Positions 1-11,002 of a stretch of DNA of 64,000 nucleotides are shown here, one piece after another (the first letter of the stretch is position 1; the number at the start of each line of letters is the position of its first letter). The stretch covers positions 1-64,000 of the forward strand of contig JALDZX010000070.1 of assembly GCA_022813865.1 (NCBI GenBank). Direction: 5' to 3'. The notes under the pieces are model-generated. The model was not told where the DNA came from. It did not search any database and worked only from the letters and a program-made list of their open reading frames with translations. This DNA is from Xylographa opegraphella (taxonomy: Eukaryota). Made by a program: the position numbers and the translations under genes.

Positions 1-657
1 TTTTTGGGTGGGGGAGAGCAAAGTTTGAGCGCCAAGAGAATGCAAGCCTTTTGCACACGCTAATACGCGCGCTAGTCATGCCGCGTTCGCCGCGACAATC
101 ATCTTGCTGCTTCGTTCCTATCTAAAGCGACAATCTCTTCTATATGCCTCGAGTATACAGACCTAGTCCGAGGGACTACATGGTGTATATGTCAGGCAAT
201 GGTTACAGTGCTTGGAATCACTAAAAAACGCTGAAGCCAGAGCCAATGGACCATAATCGTTCTCCTTGGCAACGTTCGCTATCAATGAGCTCTAAATGGT
301 GGGAGGAGGCACAATCCAAACGTCTTCGCATCAGGTGTTCAGTACAAGGGTCGCTCGGAGTAAGGCCGAATATCGGTACTTCTAGCGATTGGGAGAGTCG
401 ATCAGAGATGGCCGGCCTTGAACGGTCCCCTCTTGGCTGAAAGAGGCAGGAGGAAGTATCATGCCTGATGCAGATCCTGAAAACGTTGCAAATGAAGACT
501 GCGAAGCTTGATGGTAGGTTACATCAGATATTGACGTGCAGGCGAACGAGGATGCAGGGAGGCAGCCTCAGACATATATAGAGATGTCTGAGGACGGTAA
601 GCGATTCGATTGTTTCTGTTTCGTACGGTTGTTTTCTTGCATCCATCAAGCGTCGAC

Positions 658-1931
658 ATGTCTTTCAGAAATATGTTCTTATTCAGTGCTATAATTTTGA
701 TCGGACTACGCGCTACCCTGACACACGCTCTTCCTGACCTCCTTGATCGTCGTACGACTTGCTCAACTCCGGTATACTTCTCAAAACTGATTACCTTACG
801 TCCTTACTGAAGAGTAACAGGATGGATCAGGGACCTGCAAATCGACTTCATCTTGCACGACATTCAGTGTGGCAGGCTACTGCTCCGGCGCTGCCAGCAA
901 TCAGTGTTGCGTACAGCAGTCCTGCTCAACAGTGAGCGGTAATGGAATTTGCAAGAACACTGCAAACGGTTGCTCTGGAGGGACATTCCACTCCGGTGCA
1001 TGCCCAGGTAGCAGTTCCATCGAATGCTGTGTGACTTCTTCGGCATCTGGTGGCAACGTAGCGGCTTTTGATATCTCTGCTACCCAGAGCTCCGCCTTCT
1101 GGTCATGTGCTGTCGGAACTTTTCAGAAGGCCGTCATCAGGGGATACTACCAGGCCTGTGCTTCTGTATGAAACAACCAATTATAAATTTGAGTATCTGG
1201 CAATCTAATGCTTGACAAGGGAGGCGCCGTCGATCCAGACTTTGTTAGCTCATACAAGGCTGCTAGAGCGGCAGGTATCACCAACATCGATGCCTACATG
1301 TTTGCTTGTAACCTCCAGATCTCTCTCCTGGGTAATGACCATAAGCACTAACAAGAAAAGGCACGGGCACCCAACCCACCGGCGTCGCCTGCAAATCGCC
1401 CGCCACACAGCTGAGCGAATTTCAAGCCGTCATCCAAAGCAACAACATGGTAGTGGGACATCTGTGGTTCGATGTCGAACCCACGTCCGGCGCATGTAAC
1501 GCATGGAATCTTGGCTCGAGCCAGAACTTGGCGTTAGCGCAGCAGTGGACGTCTCTGCTGCGGCAGAGTAGCTACAAATGGGGGATCTATGGTAATGGGT
1601 CAGTGGCACTATACCCACATAAGCAGCTTGCGTCTCTGACCACCAGCAACTGCAGCAATCAGTGGACGACGATGTTTGCTTCAAGGTCTACGAATATCGG
1701 CTCCGATTTGCCCCTGTGGGCGGTCCAAGATGATGGCACCCCAGGCGTTTCGACAGTCACGACGTTCATGGGCGGTTGGACGACTGCGTATGCTAAGCAA
1801 TATAATCTTGGTAAGCTATATTAGCACTCGACAGCCTCAGCGCGATTGGAGATCAATGTTGGAGACTGACCTCGAATATAGATACGACATCATGCGGTGG
1901 TTCGGTGGACTTGGACTCTTTCACGGCCTAA
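658..1931 (+). CDS. Secreted GH25 (Lys1-like) muramidase/lysozyme with two N-terminal Cys-rich repeats; 6 exons
   Basis: Hydrophobic signal peptide (MSFRNMFLFSAIILIGLRATLTHA). GT-AG introns at ~772-820, ~1166-1219, ~1308-1360, ~1599-1635 and 1811-1881 join into one frame with AFDISA, IRGY, GGAVDP, IDAYMF, LWFDVE (DxE), GIY, LPLW, GGWT..AKQY and DLD, ending at TAA 1929-1931. Confidence 0.85.
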
Positions 1932-2890
1932 GATTTGAGCGCATTGATTAGTGGTTTCATTGACAGCTGGGTGTTACACAAAGCCCCACGTGTCTGACCT
2001 GTTGTTATATTGAGGTCCTATGACACCTGTTTCGAATGTTGCTTGCGCCGTTGACGGGTACTTGGCAGACACAAGAGGAGAGCAAAGCAAAGCCCCCACT
2101 CACTTTGTTCAGCCAAAGTTGTTACTAACGTTATGCAAGACTTGTATCCTGTCGAGTACTTTGTCAACCCTGTATAGCTCCATCCTCCCACGCCTCCGTC
2201 TACATCGCCCCTCTAAACTTTCCCCCAGTCCCTCTAGCCCTCGCCTCCAATTTACGATTCCATTCCCCAGCCCCAATTGTCACTCCCATACCTGCCACCG
2301 CACGCCCAGCAACAATCCTCGCAGCGACGACCTTGAGTTCGCCACTACAAGAAGTCCGGGTTCCAAGCCTACAGCGCGGCGGATGTCCCAGGTCAAAATA
2401 ATACAAAGACTACGTCAAGGGCGTGAGACGCATAAATCGTAGCAGTTATCAAATCCGCTCCGGATATCCAAATTATTATGGATTGATCGGCGGGCAAGCG
2501 TAGCTTCGTACAAGAGATGAAGATCCTGCCGGCGCACATCACGAATCAGAGGAACAAGTAGATCGAGAATCAGCCACCCGCGCGCAATAGAGACATCTGA
2601 GGATCTCCATAGTCAGAACTTGAAATGTCAGCTGGAATTGTTAACCGCATCCATGTTCACGGTAGATACAAATCCCATCGCATACCTGGATATTGCTTAG
2701 CCGTTACGATGCCACTATAGCGTACACGTATTCAATATCAGGCTGTATCACTCTTCACCCATATATTTCTATATACTTAGTAGAATTCCTCCGTCAGCCT
2801 AAATTAGTTCACATCGCCGTGCTCCTCTAGCGGAACCTTGATATGCCCTGGTTATTTGCTCAATGGCCCCCAACAGCAAGACACACTTTC

Positions 2891-3009
2891 ACATACGACC
2901 ACAGACTCAAGAGAACTGGCTATCCCGTCCGCTCTGGCATACATAACCTTGAGATCGGCTGATTAGTAGTTGGGTGGGTGACCACCAGCGAATCCCAGCT
3001 GTTGTATGT
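2891..3009 (+). rRNA. Dispersed 5S rRNA gene
   Basis: Begins ACATACGACC and contains TCCCGTCCGCTC and TTAGTAGTTGGGTGGGTGACCACCAGCGAATCCC. Ends GTTGTATGT, complementary to the 5' end, and is followed by T-runs (Pol III terminator). Confidence 0.95.
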
Positions 3010-3268
3010 TTTTGCTTTTTGCTTGAGTTTGGTGGTCCTTGGGTGGTGTCTACCCTCCTGTACTGTGCTTGTTTAGACCCTTTTCAATGTTTTTAATCTC
3101 GGCCCAGCTGCATGTTTGGCGTGTTTCTGTGAATGAGAATTCGGCTTGTGATGTCATTTGACCCAATTGATGAGCTTCCTTATTGGCAACAGGGCTGTCT
3201 TCAAACGTTTCTGGAGGTATCATCTAAGCATAGTGGACTCTTTGTACTCTTTGTAAACGCTCAAGAGG

Positions 3269-4298
3269 TCATTTATTTCCGAGTAACGGCGTTGCTTCAG
3301 AAGGCGGCGAAGCTTCTTCCTCGCCAGCATTATCTACCACTCCACTCGAGGAACTTCCACTCTCATCTCCCTTCCTCCTCTTGCTGTTTCGATGCTCGTA
3401 GAATATGCCCAGACCTAGCACGATGCCCTGCAACGTCCCCGTGACAACATAGATGAACCACGTGCTCCAACCCGGCCAACCTACTCTAGCGAACAGACTC
3501 CCAGCCCAGACAAAGCTTCCTGGGGTCTGCATACACATCATCGGAATGCTCAAACTCCCGACATGTTTGAGCCGCCATGTTGTGAATATTTGCGGGAAGT
3601 ATTGGATGCTCGCCAGAACAGTTGCTATAAGACCTAAAGCGTTCGCATATGCCTGTAGATGTACTGGGTATCGCATGACGACGACGGCGCTGATAATCGC
3701 AGTTATCACTGCATGGCCTGCACTGATGCCGGCTACGCCGAGAGCCTCGCGGTATGAAGGAGTAGCGTTGAGAGGCTCAGGAGGCGCGAGTGCAGTGGCG
3801 CGCGGGAAGAAGACAAGGAACAGAACCAGTCTATATTGCTGTAAGCATCATACTCCTGCTCGGTCGAGGCTGCCCGGATGGAATGGGTCCACGTACATGC
3901 CAGCGAAACATGCCCATACCAGTCCGACTTGCAGTATTCCCAACAGACTAGCAAAACAGTCGAAGCCGCTGATCTCCTTGCAGCACGCAACATCTGCTCG
4001 GCTCGCTGGGAGGACGAGGATATTTGCGAAAATGCATGTACCGGCTGTTGTGCCTAGGAGGAGGAAGTATGGGGATATTCCTTCGGAAGACCGCCTCACG
4101 ATGATGCGGTAGTACTGTGAGAGGTATGAGGCGAATATTCCGAAGAGTAGGAATCTATGCTATTGTCAGGTATTGCACTGCGAAAAGGGTTGGTAGATGC
4201 GCTTGCATTGATAAGCCGAAGTTCAGGTAGCTAGGTGATGCCAGAGCAGTGCAGCGGTCACTGCCAATACTCCTTATATGCTGCGAGAACAGCGACAT
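3269..4298 (-). CDS. PQ-loop repeat membrane protein; 3 exons
   Basis: Spliced frame MSLFSQHIRSIGSDRCTALASPSYLNFGLSIFLLFGIFASYLSQYYRIIVRRSSEGISPYF... with a second loop QYFPQIFTTWRLKHVGSLSIP, several TM segments and a C-terminal EATPLL dileucine-type motif. Introns at 4155-4206 (GC-AG) and ~3831-3896. Confidence 0.85.
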
Positions 4299-4438
4299 CT
4301 TGGTTATTGCAGCGTAGCTGCTCTAAGGATGAGGGCGTCCAAATCGAACTTCGGCCGCTAGTGGCGCAGTATTTCCGCTCCGATCCGTGGAATATTCCCT
4401 CTTCGGGTTTAGCTCAAGAGGGGCCTTGGCTTTCCACA

Positions 4439-4478
4439 ACGCTGCATATTGAGCGAGAGGTCCCCTCACACTGGATCA
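4439..4478 (+). repeat. 40-bp dispersed motif, copy 1 (copy 2 at 12551-12590, minus strand)
   Basis: acgctgcatattgagcgagaggtcccctcacactggatca matches the reverse complement of 12551-12590 at 34/40 positions without gaps. Confidence 0.7.
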
Positions 4479-5374
4479 CCTGGTATTGAATGTTGACGTT
4501 CCCACATCAGATGGTAGCCTTGGTAGACTCGGCGAGTACAACGACAAGATGTTGGCTCAGTTACAGCGTCGTGTTATGAACGGTGTTTACTATGTGACGT
4601 CGTGCAATAGAAGTGTAAGGCTAGCCTTATGCAGCTCCATCAACCAGCCACCTCGGAGAATTTCATCCATAACCATACGAGACCAAATCTGCTGCTTGTA
4701 TATCCTGATATTTGGTGTAGTCCTCTTGAGAAAGATCCCAATTTGGGCGATACTATGGAGATTCTACCACTTGTGGACTTGTGGAACCTCGATTTCTCTC
4801 TGCTGATCTTGGATAAGCTATGTCGGCCTTGGTATTTACAGTAAAGCCATATACGCGCCTACGGACCACTGCATTAATATGCCGAATCTGATACACACTA
4901 CGTCGTACGGCTCATCAATTCGAAGTCCGCGACTACTACCTTTTGTACAGGAAGACAGGTCCTGCCACGATGGCGCGTCTTCGCTAGCATATCCATCCCT
5001 CCTACCATGTGAGCTGCTAAAGACCCAGCCCGAGGGAACATCATAAAGTATTGGCAAACGCTACAGATCCGCATCCGTCGATGTACACTTATTGAATATA
5101 CCATTCCGAAACGCCCCAAAGACTCCATATCTTCAACCAGCCGGCAACGTCCCGGCACGCACAGAGCGCACGCTTTTACCACCACCGTTCTTTCTATAAA
5201 CATCATACCGGTCTCCACTGCCGCAAATCAGACATCGACCATGCCAGGAAGCCATACCTACCCAATTAACGCTGAAGTAAACATTTGCAAAAAGGAACCA
5301 GGCGCAAATGAGCCGACCCCGAACCTTCCAATATACAATGCAAAATCACTCTTTCCCACAGGCCGACCAAACAT

Positions 5375-6350
5375 TCAACTCAGTTCAGCAGGACCCCTGT
5401 GCAAGTCGTCGACCCCCTCAGCCGGCAACTCCGTTCCCCTAAGCCCTTGCATCTCATGTATCCCACCCTCCTTGCCGACGGGCACATAGCCCGCCCCTCT
5501 ATAGTTCGGCTCGTACACCGGCCTCTTATATCCCGCCGCTCCATAGTCCATTCCCGTATTTTCCCCCGCCGCACCTGATCGCTGATGGACACCCCCTGTC
5601 CACTTCCGCCTCTGCCTCGGCTTCCACACCAGGAAGTACAACAACCCAGCGATCAACGCCAGCCCAAGGGGTATGCCCACCCCGGCACCCACCCCGATCG
5701 CAACCGCATTGTTCGTACTCGCCGCCGCCGAGGACGTCACGGCCGACGGGCTGCTGGTCACAGACGGAGGGAAGAACGCAGTGCTCGTGAGGATGAGACT
5801 CGTCGCCGTGGAGGTCATACTCGTTGTACTCGTCGTGCTCGCCATCGACGACACACTCACGATAGTTCCCACCCCCAAATTAAACACCAGCGTCGAGTTA
5901 CTGCAACAGTCGGCATTGCTAAGCCCATAGCAGCAGAAATTGCCCGGGCCGGCGCTCGCGCACGGCTGCACGCCGTTACCGCCACCTAGAGAACAAAAAC
6001 AACACTCGTCAGCACTTGCACTCACGAGTACAAAGGCCCTTGGGGGACGGCAGCATACTGTTCGCGCACTGCTTCAAACACTCCGGGCTCGACCACGTCG
6101 GGTCCGTGCAATCCCCCACGTAGAACGGTGTAATGGCGCCCGTGATGTTCGGCCCTGGCGCGCATAGCCCGTTGCTGATGCACTCGAAGCCGGGCATGCA
6201 GCACGCGCTGTAGGTCTGGTCCGGGTTACAGGCGAAGTTGGCGGACTGGATGCCGTCGGCTGCGTAGCAGATCGGAGAGGAGGCGGCGGAGGTGAAGGGG
6301 CAGAGGAGGAGGAGGAGGAGGAAGGAGACGAGCGAGGCTGGCGCCGACAT
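5375..6350 (-). CDS. Single-pass cell-surface protein: signal peptide, Cys-rich domain, Ser/Thr stalk, TM helix (Mid2/Wsc-like architecture); 2 exons
   Basis: MSAPASLVSFLLLLLLCPFTSA signal, CYAADG..C..CC...C.SNGLC..CTDPTWSSPEC domain, intron 5986-6058, S/T-rich stretch, AIGVGAGVGIPLGLALIAGLLYFLVW followed by KPRQRRK. The start could be up to 9 codons further upstream. Confidence 0.8.
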
Positions 6351-6672
6351 TGCTGCTACGAGGTGCATTGTTTTCATACTCCGTACAAAAAACACGCTAA
6401 TAGAATGCAAAAGAACTCGAAGTCATGGGATTGGGGATTTGGCCGCTCGCTGCGCAAGCGGTGGTGTTGTATGTACAGAGCGCAGGAAACACAGAAGAGA
6501 TCAAAAGGAACGGATGGCCCACGCCGATTGCGCCGTGCTTAATGCACCAGCGAGGCTCAAACCCGAAGGATGCTGGGTTGTTGTCAAGCGAGCGCTGTAG
6601 TTGGTGCTGTTGAGCGGTCGGCATGGCTCTGCTAGGCCAAAGGGCGTTAGTACATGAAGCTGAGGCTGTTAA

Positions 6673-7120
6673 AGCGGCGAATTACTCGCCTACCCCCCTC
6701 TTACCCTGGTATTTACTTCGCTGCCCCCAAATACCCTTGCAAAACCTTTGTACAAGTGACTTATATTACTTTATGATTGGCTTAGGCCACTGTTTATATC
6801 CGTATAATATCCTTGCGTGTAGGTGTTAGCATTCTTTTCACGCGTCGTGATAACGAGATCCGGGGCAGCGAGGTCCGGGGTAGCATACAGCTGGATTTAG
6901 AAGCAGCGAGATCCGGGGCAGCGAGGATCAAAATAGCGAGGTTCAGAGCCGCGAGGTTTTGAGCGCAGCAGTATCGGGGTATTTTCAATAGCAATGAACC
7001 CAACCAAATAGATCAAGATACGCAAGGGAACAGCGGCGAAAATGTGCCTTTGCTAGGGTATTTGGGGGCTGCGGTGTAAATACCAGGGTATGAGGGGGGT
7101 AGGCGAGTAATTCGCCGCTG
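6673..7120. mobile_element. Non-autonomous DNA transposon/MITE-like element with 71-bp inverted repeats
   Basis: 6673-6743 matches the reverse complement of 7049-7119 at 66/71. The right copy lies in a 90-bp unit (7031-7120) bounded by its own 10-bp inverted repeat cagcggcgaa/ttcgccgctg. No transposase and no clean target-site duplication. Confidence 0.65.
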
Positions 7121-7450
7121 TCCAGGGAGAGCTGTGCCACGAACCTTGTGCCCCTGTAGAAGACATGAGAAGGCTTTACGGTAAGCGACGGCTATTATTG
7201 GTTGTCAGCTGTGTTTCGGTCTGGGAGTGAGAGGACCTAATATTGTCAGCATATTTTCGTATCATGAAAAAACATAGACGCCAGTCTTTCAGGCGACAAG
7301 CTACGGTTTTCTTCAAAAGGATCGCTTAAGTACCTTACTGAGCATGGCTAGCAAGTCGAATGGACAAGAGAACAGCGATGTGTCAACGACTCTGATAGCA
7401 CAGTGACTTGATGAAAACGAAAATCAATGCTGGGTAAAGTGATGCTATGA

Positions 7451-7468
7451 TATATATATATATATATA
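7451..7468. repeat. (TA)n microsatellite
   Basis: tatatatata tatatata run downstream of the carboxypeptidase gene. Confidence 0.9.
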
Positions 7469-7527
7469 TTTATCTGACGATCAAACTAAAATCATGTTTT
7501 TGGATTATGGGCCTCCCATATATATGC

Positions 7528-9314
7528 TCAGATAGTATCAACCCGACCAAGCAACCACCGAATATGCTGCAGCGCAACTCGCGGCTGGAACTCCGGTTGC
7601 TCGTGTCCACTCAAGTACGTCTCAGCCCACATGAGACCGCGTTCGAAGTGCTGGATACCCATGACGCCTTGCGGACCATCCAGACCCTTGGCCCCGTTCG
7701 CTGCGAAAACAGCTTGGTATTGTAAGTCTGGGGTTTCAATGACAATCGGCTTGGAAGGCGTGCTATTGAAGCCGAGCGCCCCGTTCCATGTCATGTTTTG
7801 GATGGCCATCAAGGTGCCGTTCGTGAGGATGATGAAATCAAGATCCCCGTTGCTGACAAGAACCCGGTTGGTGGCTTCGATAACTTGCGGGAGGACGTGC
7901 TGAATAGGGTCGGCGGACAGATCTCCTTCGCTTTCTGGGCCACCTCCGCCCCCGAGGAAAACGTTGTGCTCACCGCACACGCTCCAGTCAATGTTGGGAG
8001 CGTGCATCGCCGTCTTCACGTCAGAACGATTAAAGTAAGTGGTTGCACCGGCAGGACTGTAGACTAGCTCTGTGGGGAAGCTTAAAACGTCCCAAAGGAG
8101 TGGACACTGCTGGTTCACCTCATAGATGTTGAAGCATGGGTTGTTCTCAAAGGCTTCACTGTTGATGAGGTCGAAAACATCGCAGCTTTCATCCGCGGTA
8201 CTGCTGTAATTAAAATACCTTGGCGGCTGAACGCTCGGTGGAGGGAATGTAAGATATTTCTCTCGATACTCTGCGTAGCCGCACGACTTGTCGAGCGCTT
8301 CCAATTGCGCGAGGAAGGTGTCATTGAAACCGAATAGGTTGTTATTAGCCTGCACGAAGGGAACGGCCGGGATCTCTTCCTGCACATAATTGAAATCTCC
8401 AATACAAGGGTCATAGACCAAGGCGCCTGTTCATGGAAAATTTAGTATCATAAGAAGTTATGAAGTGCAATGGATTCAACACACCTTTAAGATCAAAGTA
8501 TTCCTTGTCCTTTTGGTTGAGCATGGCCGCCGAGATGTAGGGCACATATCTCCCGGCGTAACTTTCTCCGGTGACATAGATCTTGAAGTTCTTAATCCCA
8601 AAAATTTCCTGGAAATTCTTGAAGAAATGGACAAAATCTAAAGCAGTCTCTTCTTGCGTTTTCGCAGTGATCTCTCCGATCGAAAAGCCCGTACCAACCG
8701 GTTGATCGACCCTGGTATTATTAGTCAAATGACCCTGTTCGATGTCCTAGTGTGCAAAGTGGCGGTTGATCGTTCCGAACGTACCACAGCATATTAGTGA
8801 CATTGACCCAGGAGTACTCGTTAACCACCGGCAGGTAGGTGCCTGGTTGCCAGAGAAACCTGCCAGTTTCTTGGAAGAAAGAATCAAGAGAGGAGCATCC
8901 AGGACCACCATTCAGGAAAATTGTGACTTCGTCAACCGGTTTTCCGATGGTTGGCTGAAACACGAAGAATAAAGCCCTGGAGGCGTTGTTCGTGATTGGA
9001 ACCAGACCTGAGTACATTTCACCGATGTCATAGTTCACGTCGGGCAGCGATTCCACTCGATACTCTGAAATATCATTTGTAAGCCACTGCGTCTACAGTA
9101 ATATCGAGGTAGGTAATTGCTTACCGGAGGTTTCGTTGTTAAGAAAACGGTAAGCCGATATGTCTGATTCCCTCTTCATGTTCTGGTGATCCCGCACGAA
9201 CTTTTCAGCAGCACGAGGACCCCTACGAGCTAGGTCACCAAATCTACCGCCTGAAACTCCACTTAGAAGTATGCTGCAGGCCACAAAGGCTGCACAAAGA
9301 GACCTGGAAAACAT
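7528..9314 (-). CDS. Secreted serine carboxypeptidase, peptidase family S10; 4 exons
   Basis: Signal peptide [22 protein letters not shown]. Motifs [31 protein letters not shown] (catalytic Ser), GDLD (Asp) and GHEQP (His). GT-AG introns at ~9065-9124, ~8712-8786 and ~8427-8484. Confidence 0.95.
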
Positions 9315-11002
9315 CCTGGAAAAGCTCCAGAGCAATTTCCAAGCTCGCAAGACAAGACAGAATAAAACCGTGGAAGGCGGTGCTCCTCTTTTGTAGGAAA
9401 ATCACAAGCAGGAGAAGAGAGCAGCTTCGCCATTTTTGTAGCTCTCTGAGAAATAGCTCACGCCATTCGAGTAAGTGATAATGAACGTAGCTTATCTTAG
9501 CCTCGAAAGCTGCCTGGCATTTCACCTCGATGAACAATTCTGTTGGTCAAGTATGAAGCTTGACATCATTGAGCATATCGGACGGACATTATTCTTGTGG
9601 GACACCTGTTGATCCACAGTGAGATCGGAAGGTGTGGAATGGGTGGCGGGTTGGGTACAGGATTGAGCATCCTTCCGCCTTCCCTATCAAGCTAAGGACG
9701 ATGGAGATACAGGGCCCGATTGCAGCGTGCAACCTCATTTTCCAGGTCAACCTGCAGGCTGCAGGCTGCAGGATGCAGTCTCTCGGTCGCCGGTTAGAAT
9801 ACCCCGCTACTGGGAAGGGATTTCACCCGTCAGACAGTGTAAATTCGCATTTGTGTGTTTGAGGAGGATGTGACGACGGTTGCGCAGCCTAGAGAGGTCA
9901 TCGGTCGGCAGACATCTTCACTCGACGACGAACAGGAGTCTTCTCCATTCCCCGAGCAGATATGTCCATCAACGGTATTCGAGCTCTCGAATCATATTCA
10001 GATCTGCCCTTTACTCGACGCAACCATTGAAAATGAAATGTATACGAAGTCGAGTCATGGGGACGTCACTGCTAAAGTTCGCTTAGAATACGGTATCTTT
10101 CTCCGCACCTGAGCAAGCGTTACCGGATTTGGAGTATCGAAACCACTATCTAAGGTATGGAATTCTTATCGCTCACCAGTCGGACCTTCCGCACCCTTCC
10201 CTTCTCCACCCGGGAGGCCAGCTTTAACAGACAATCCTTTCACCATGCATGTACCCCTTCATCGACGGTTGATGAGCGCTTACAACATGTACCAGTGGGA
10301 GTGCTTGAATGACAGCCGGATAGCCACTGGAATTGACAGTTTGGAGGTGTGAGAGTGACAATATTAAATGTGCGAATGGCGAAGGCTGAATAGCCGACAG
10401 CTTTGCCATCCAAGAGAGAGTAGTAAAGCATCTGGCGTTTTTCACGAAGCGTAAGAGGACGATTCAAACGACAACTCGATGTCGAGTAAATCAATGGATG
10501 GTAATACATATACATACCAGCATATAATGAATTTATCCATACAAGTAGGCTTGGTTCCCTCCCTTTCCGTTCGAAGTCCAGACCTAGGTACGGCAAATAT
10601 TACATATTCAGAAATTGTCTCTTCACAGAGAACACAAAGTCGTTGCAATAGAGGTCAGGCTGTTCTTTAACTCTGAACACTCATCATTCACTTCATTAGT
10701 ATCAAGCGGAAGATGGACCCCTATGGTCAGTAAGATACCTCATAGAATAGAGTAACAGCTCTTCTGGAATTGACTCGGTGCCTCCAAGCTAGCACTCGCT
10801 TGAGCTTTGAGGCTCACGATGTTTTCATTGGCGGCCTCTTGGCACAGCCCTAGAGACCCTGGATTCACTTCCTGATTCTAGCCGCGAGAGCTTCTCAGAT
10901 GCCCACCGATTCCAATTCGAGACTCGACCAATAGTTGCATCAGTTTTATAAGGCAAAAGGGTTGCTTTTGTTTTTGAGCCGCTGAGTCTTATATATGCCA
11001 TC

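Noticed and set aside
2020..2442. 140-aa + strand ORF upstream of the 5S gene
   Set aside because: It is low-complexity Ser/Pro sequence with no motif or splice support.
3453..4112. 219-aa + strand ORF and similar antisense ORFs (e.g. 47680-48300, 29202-29702)
   Set aside because: They lie opposite well-supported genes and have no independent coding signal.
9632..10670. Short ORFs and a (CTGCAGG)3 repeat between the carboxypeptidase and LEA1
   Set aside because: No recognisable domain or consistent exon chain could be built.
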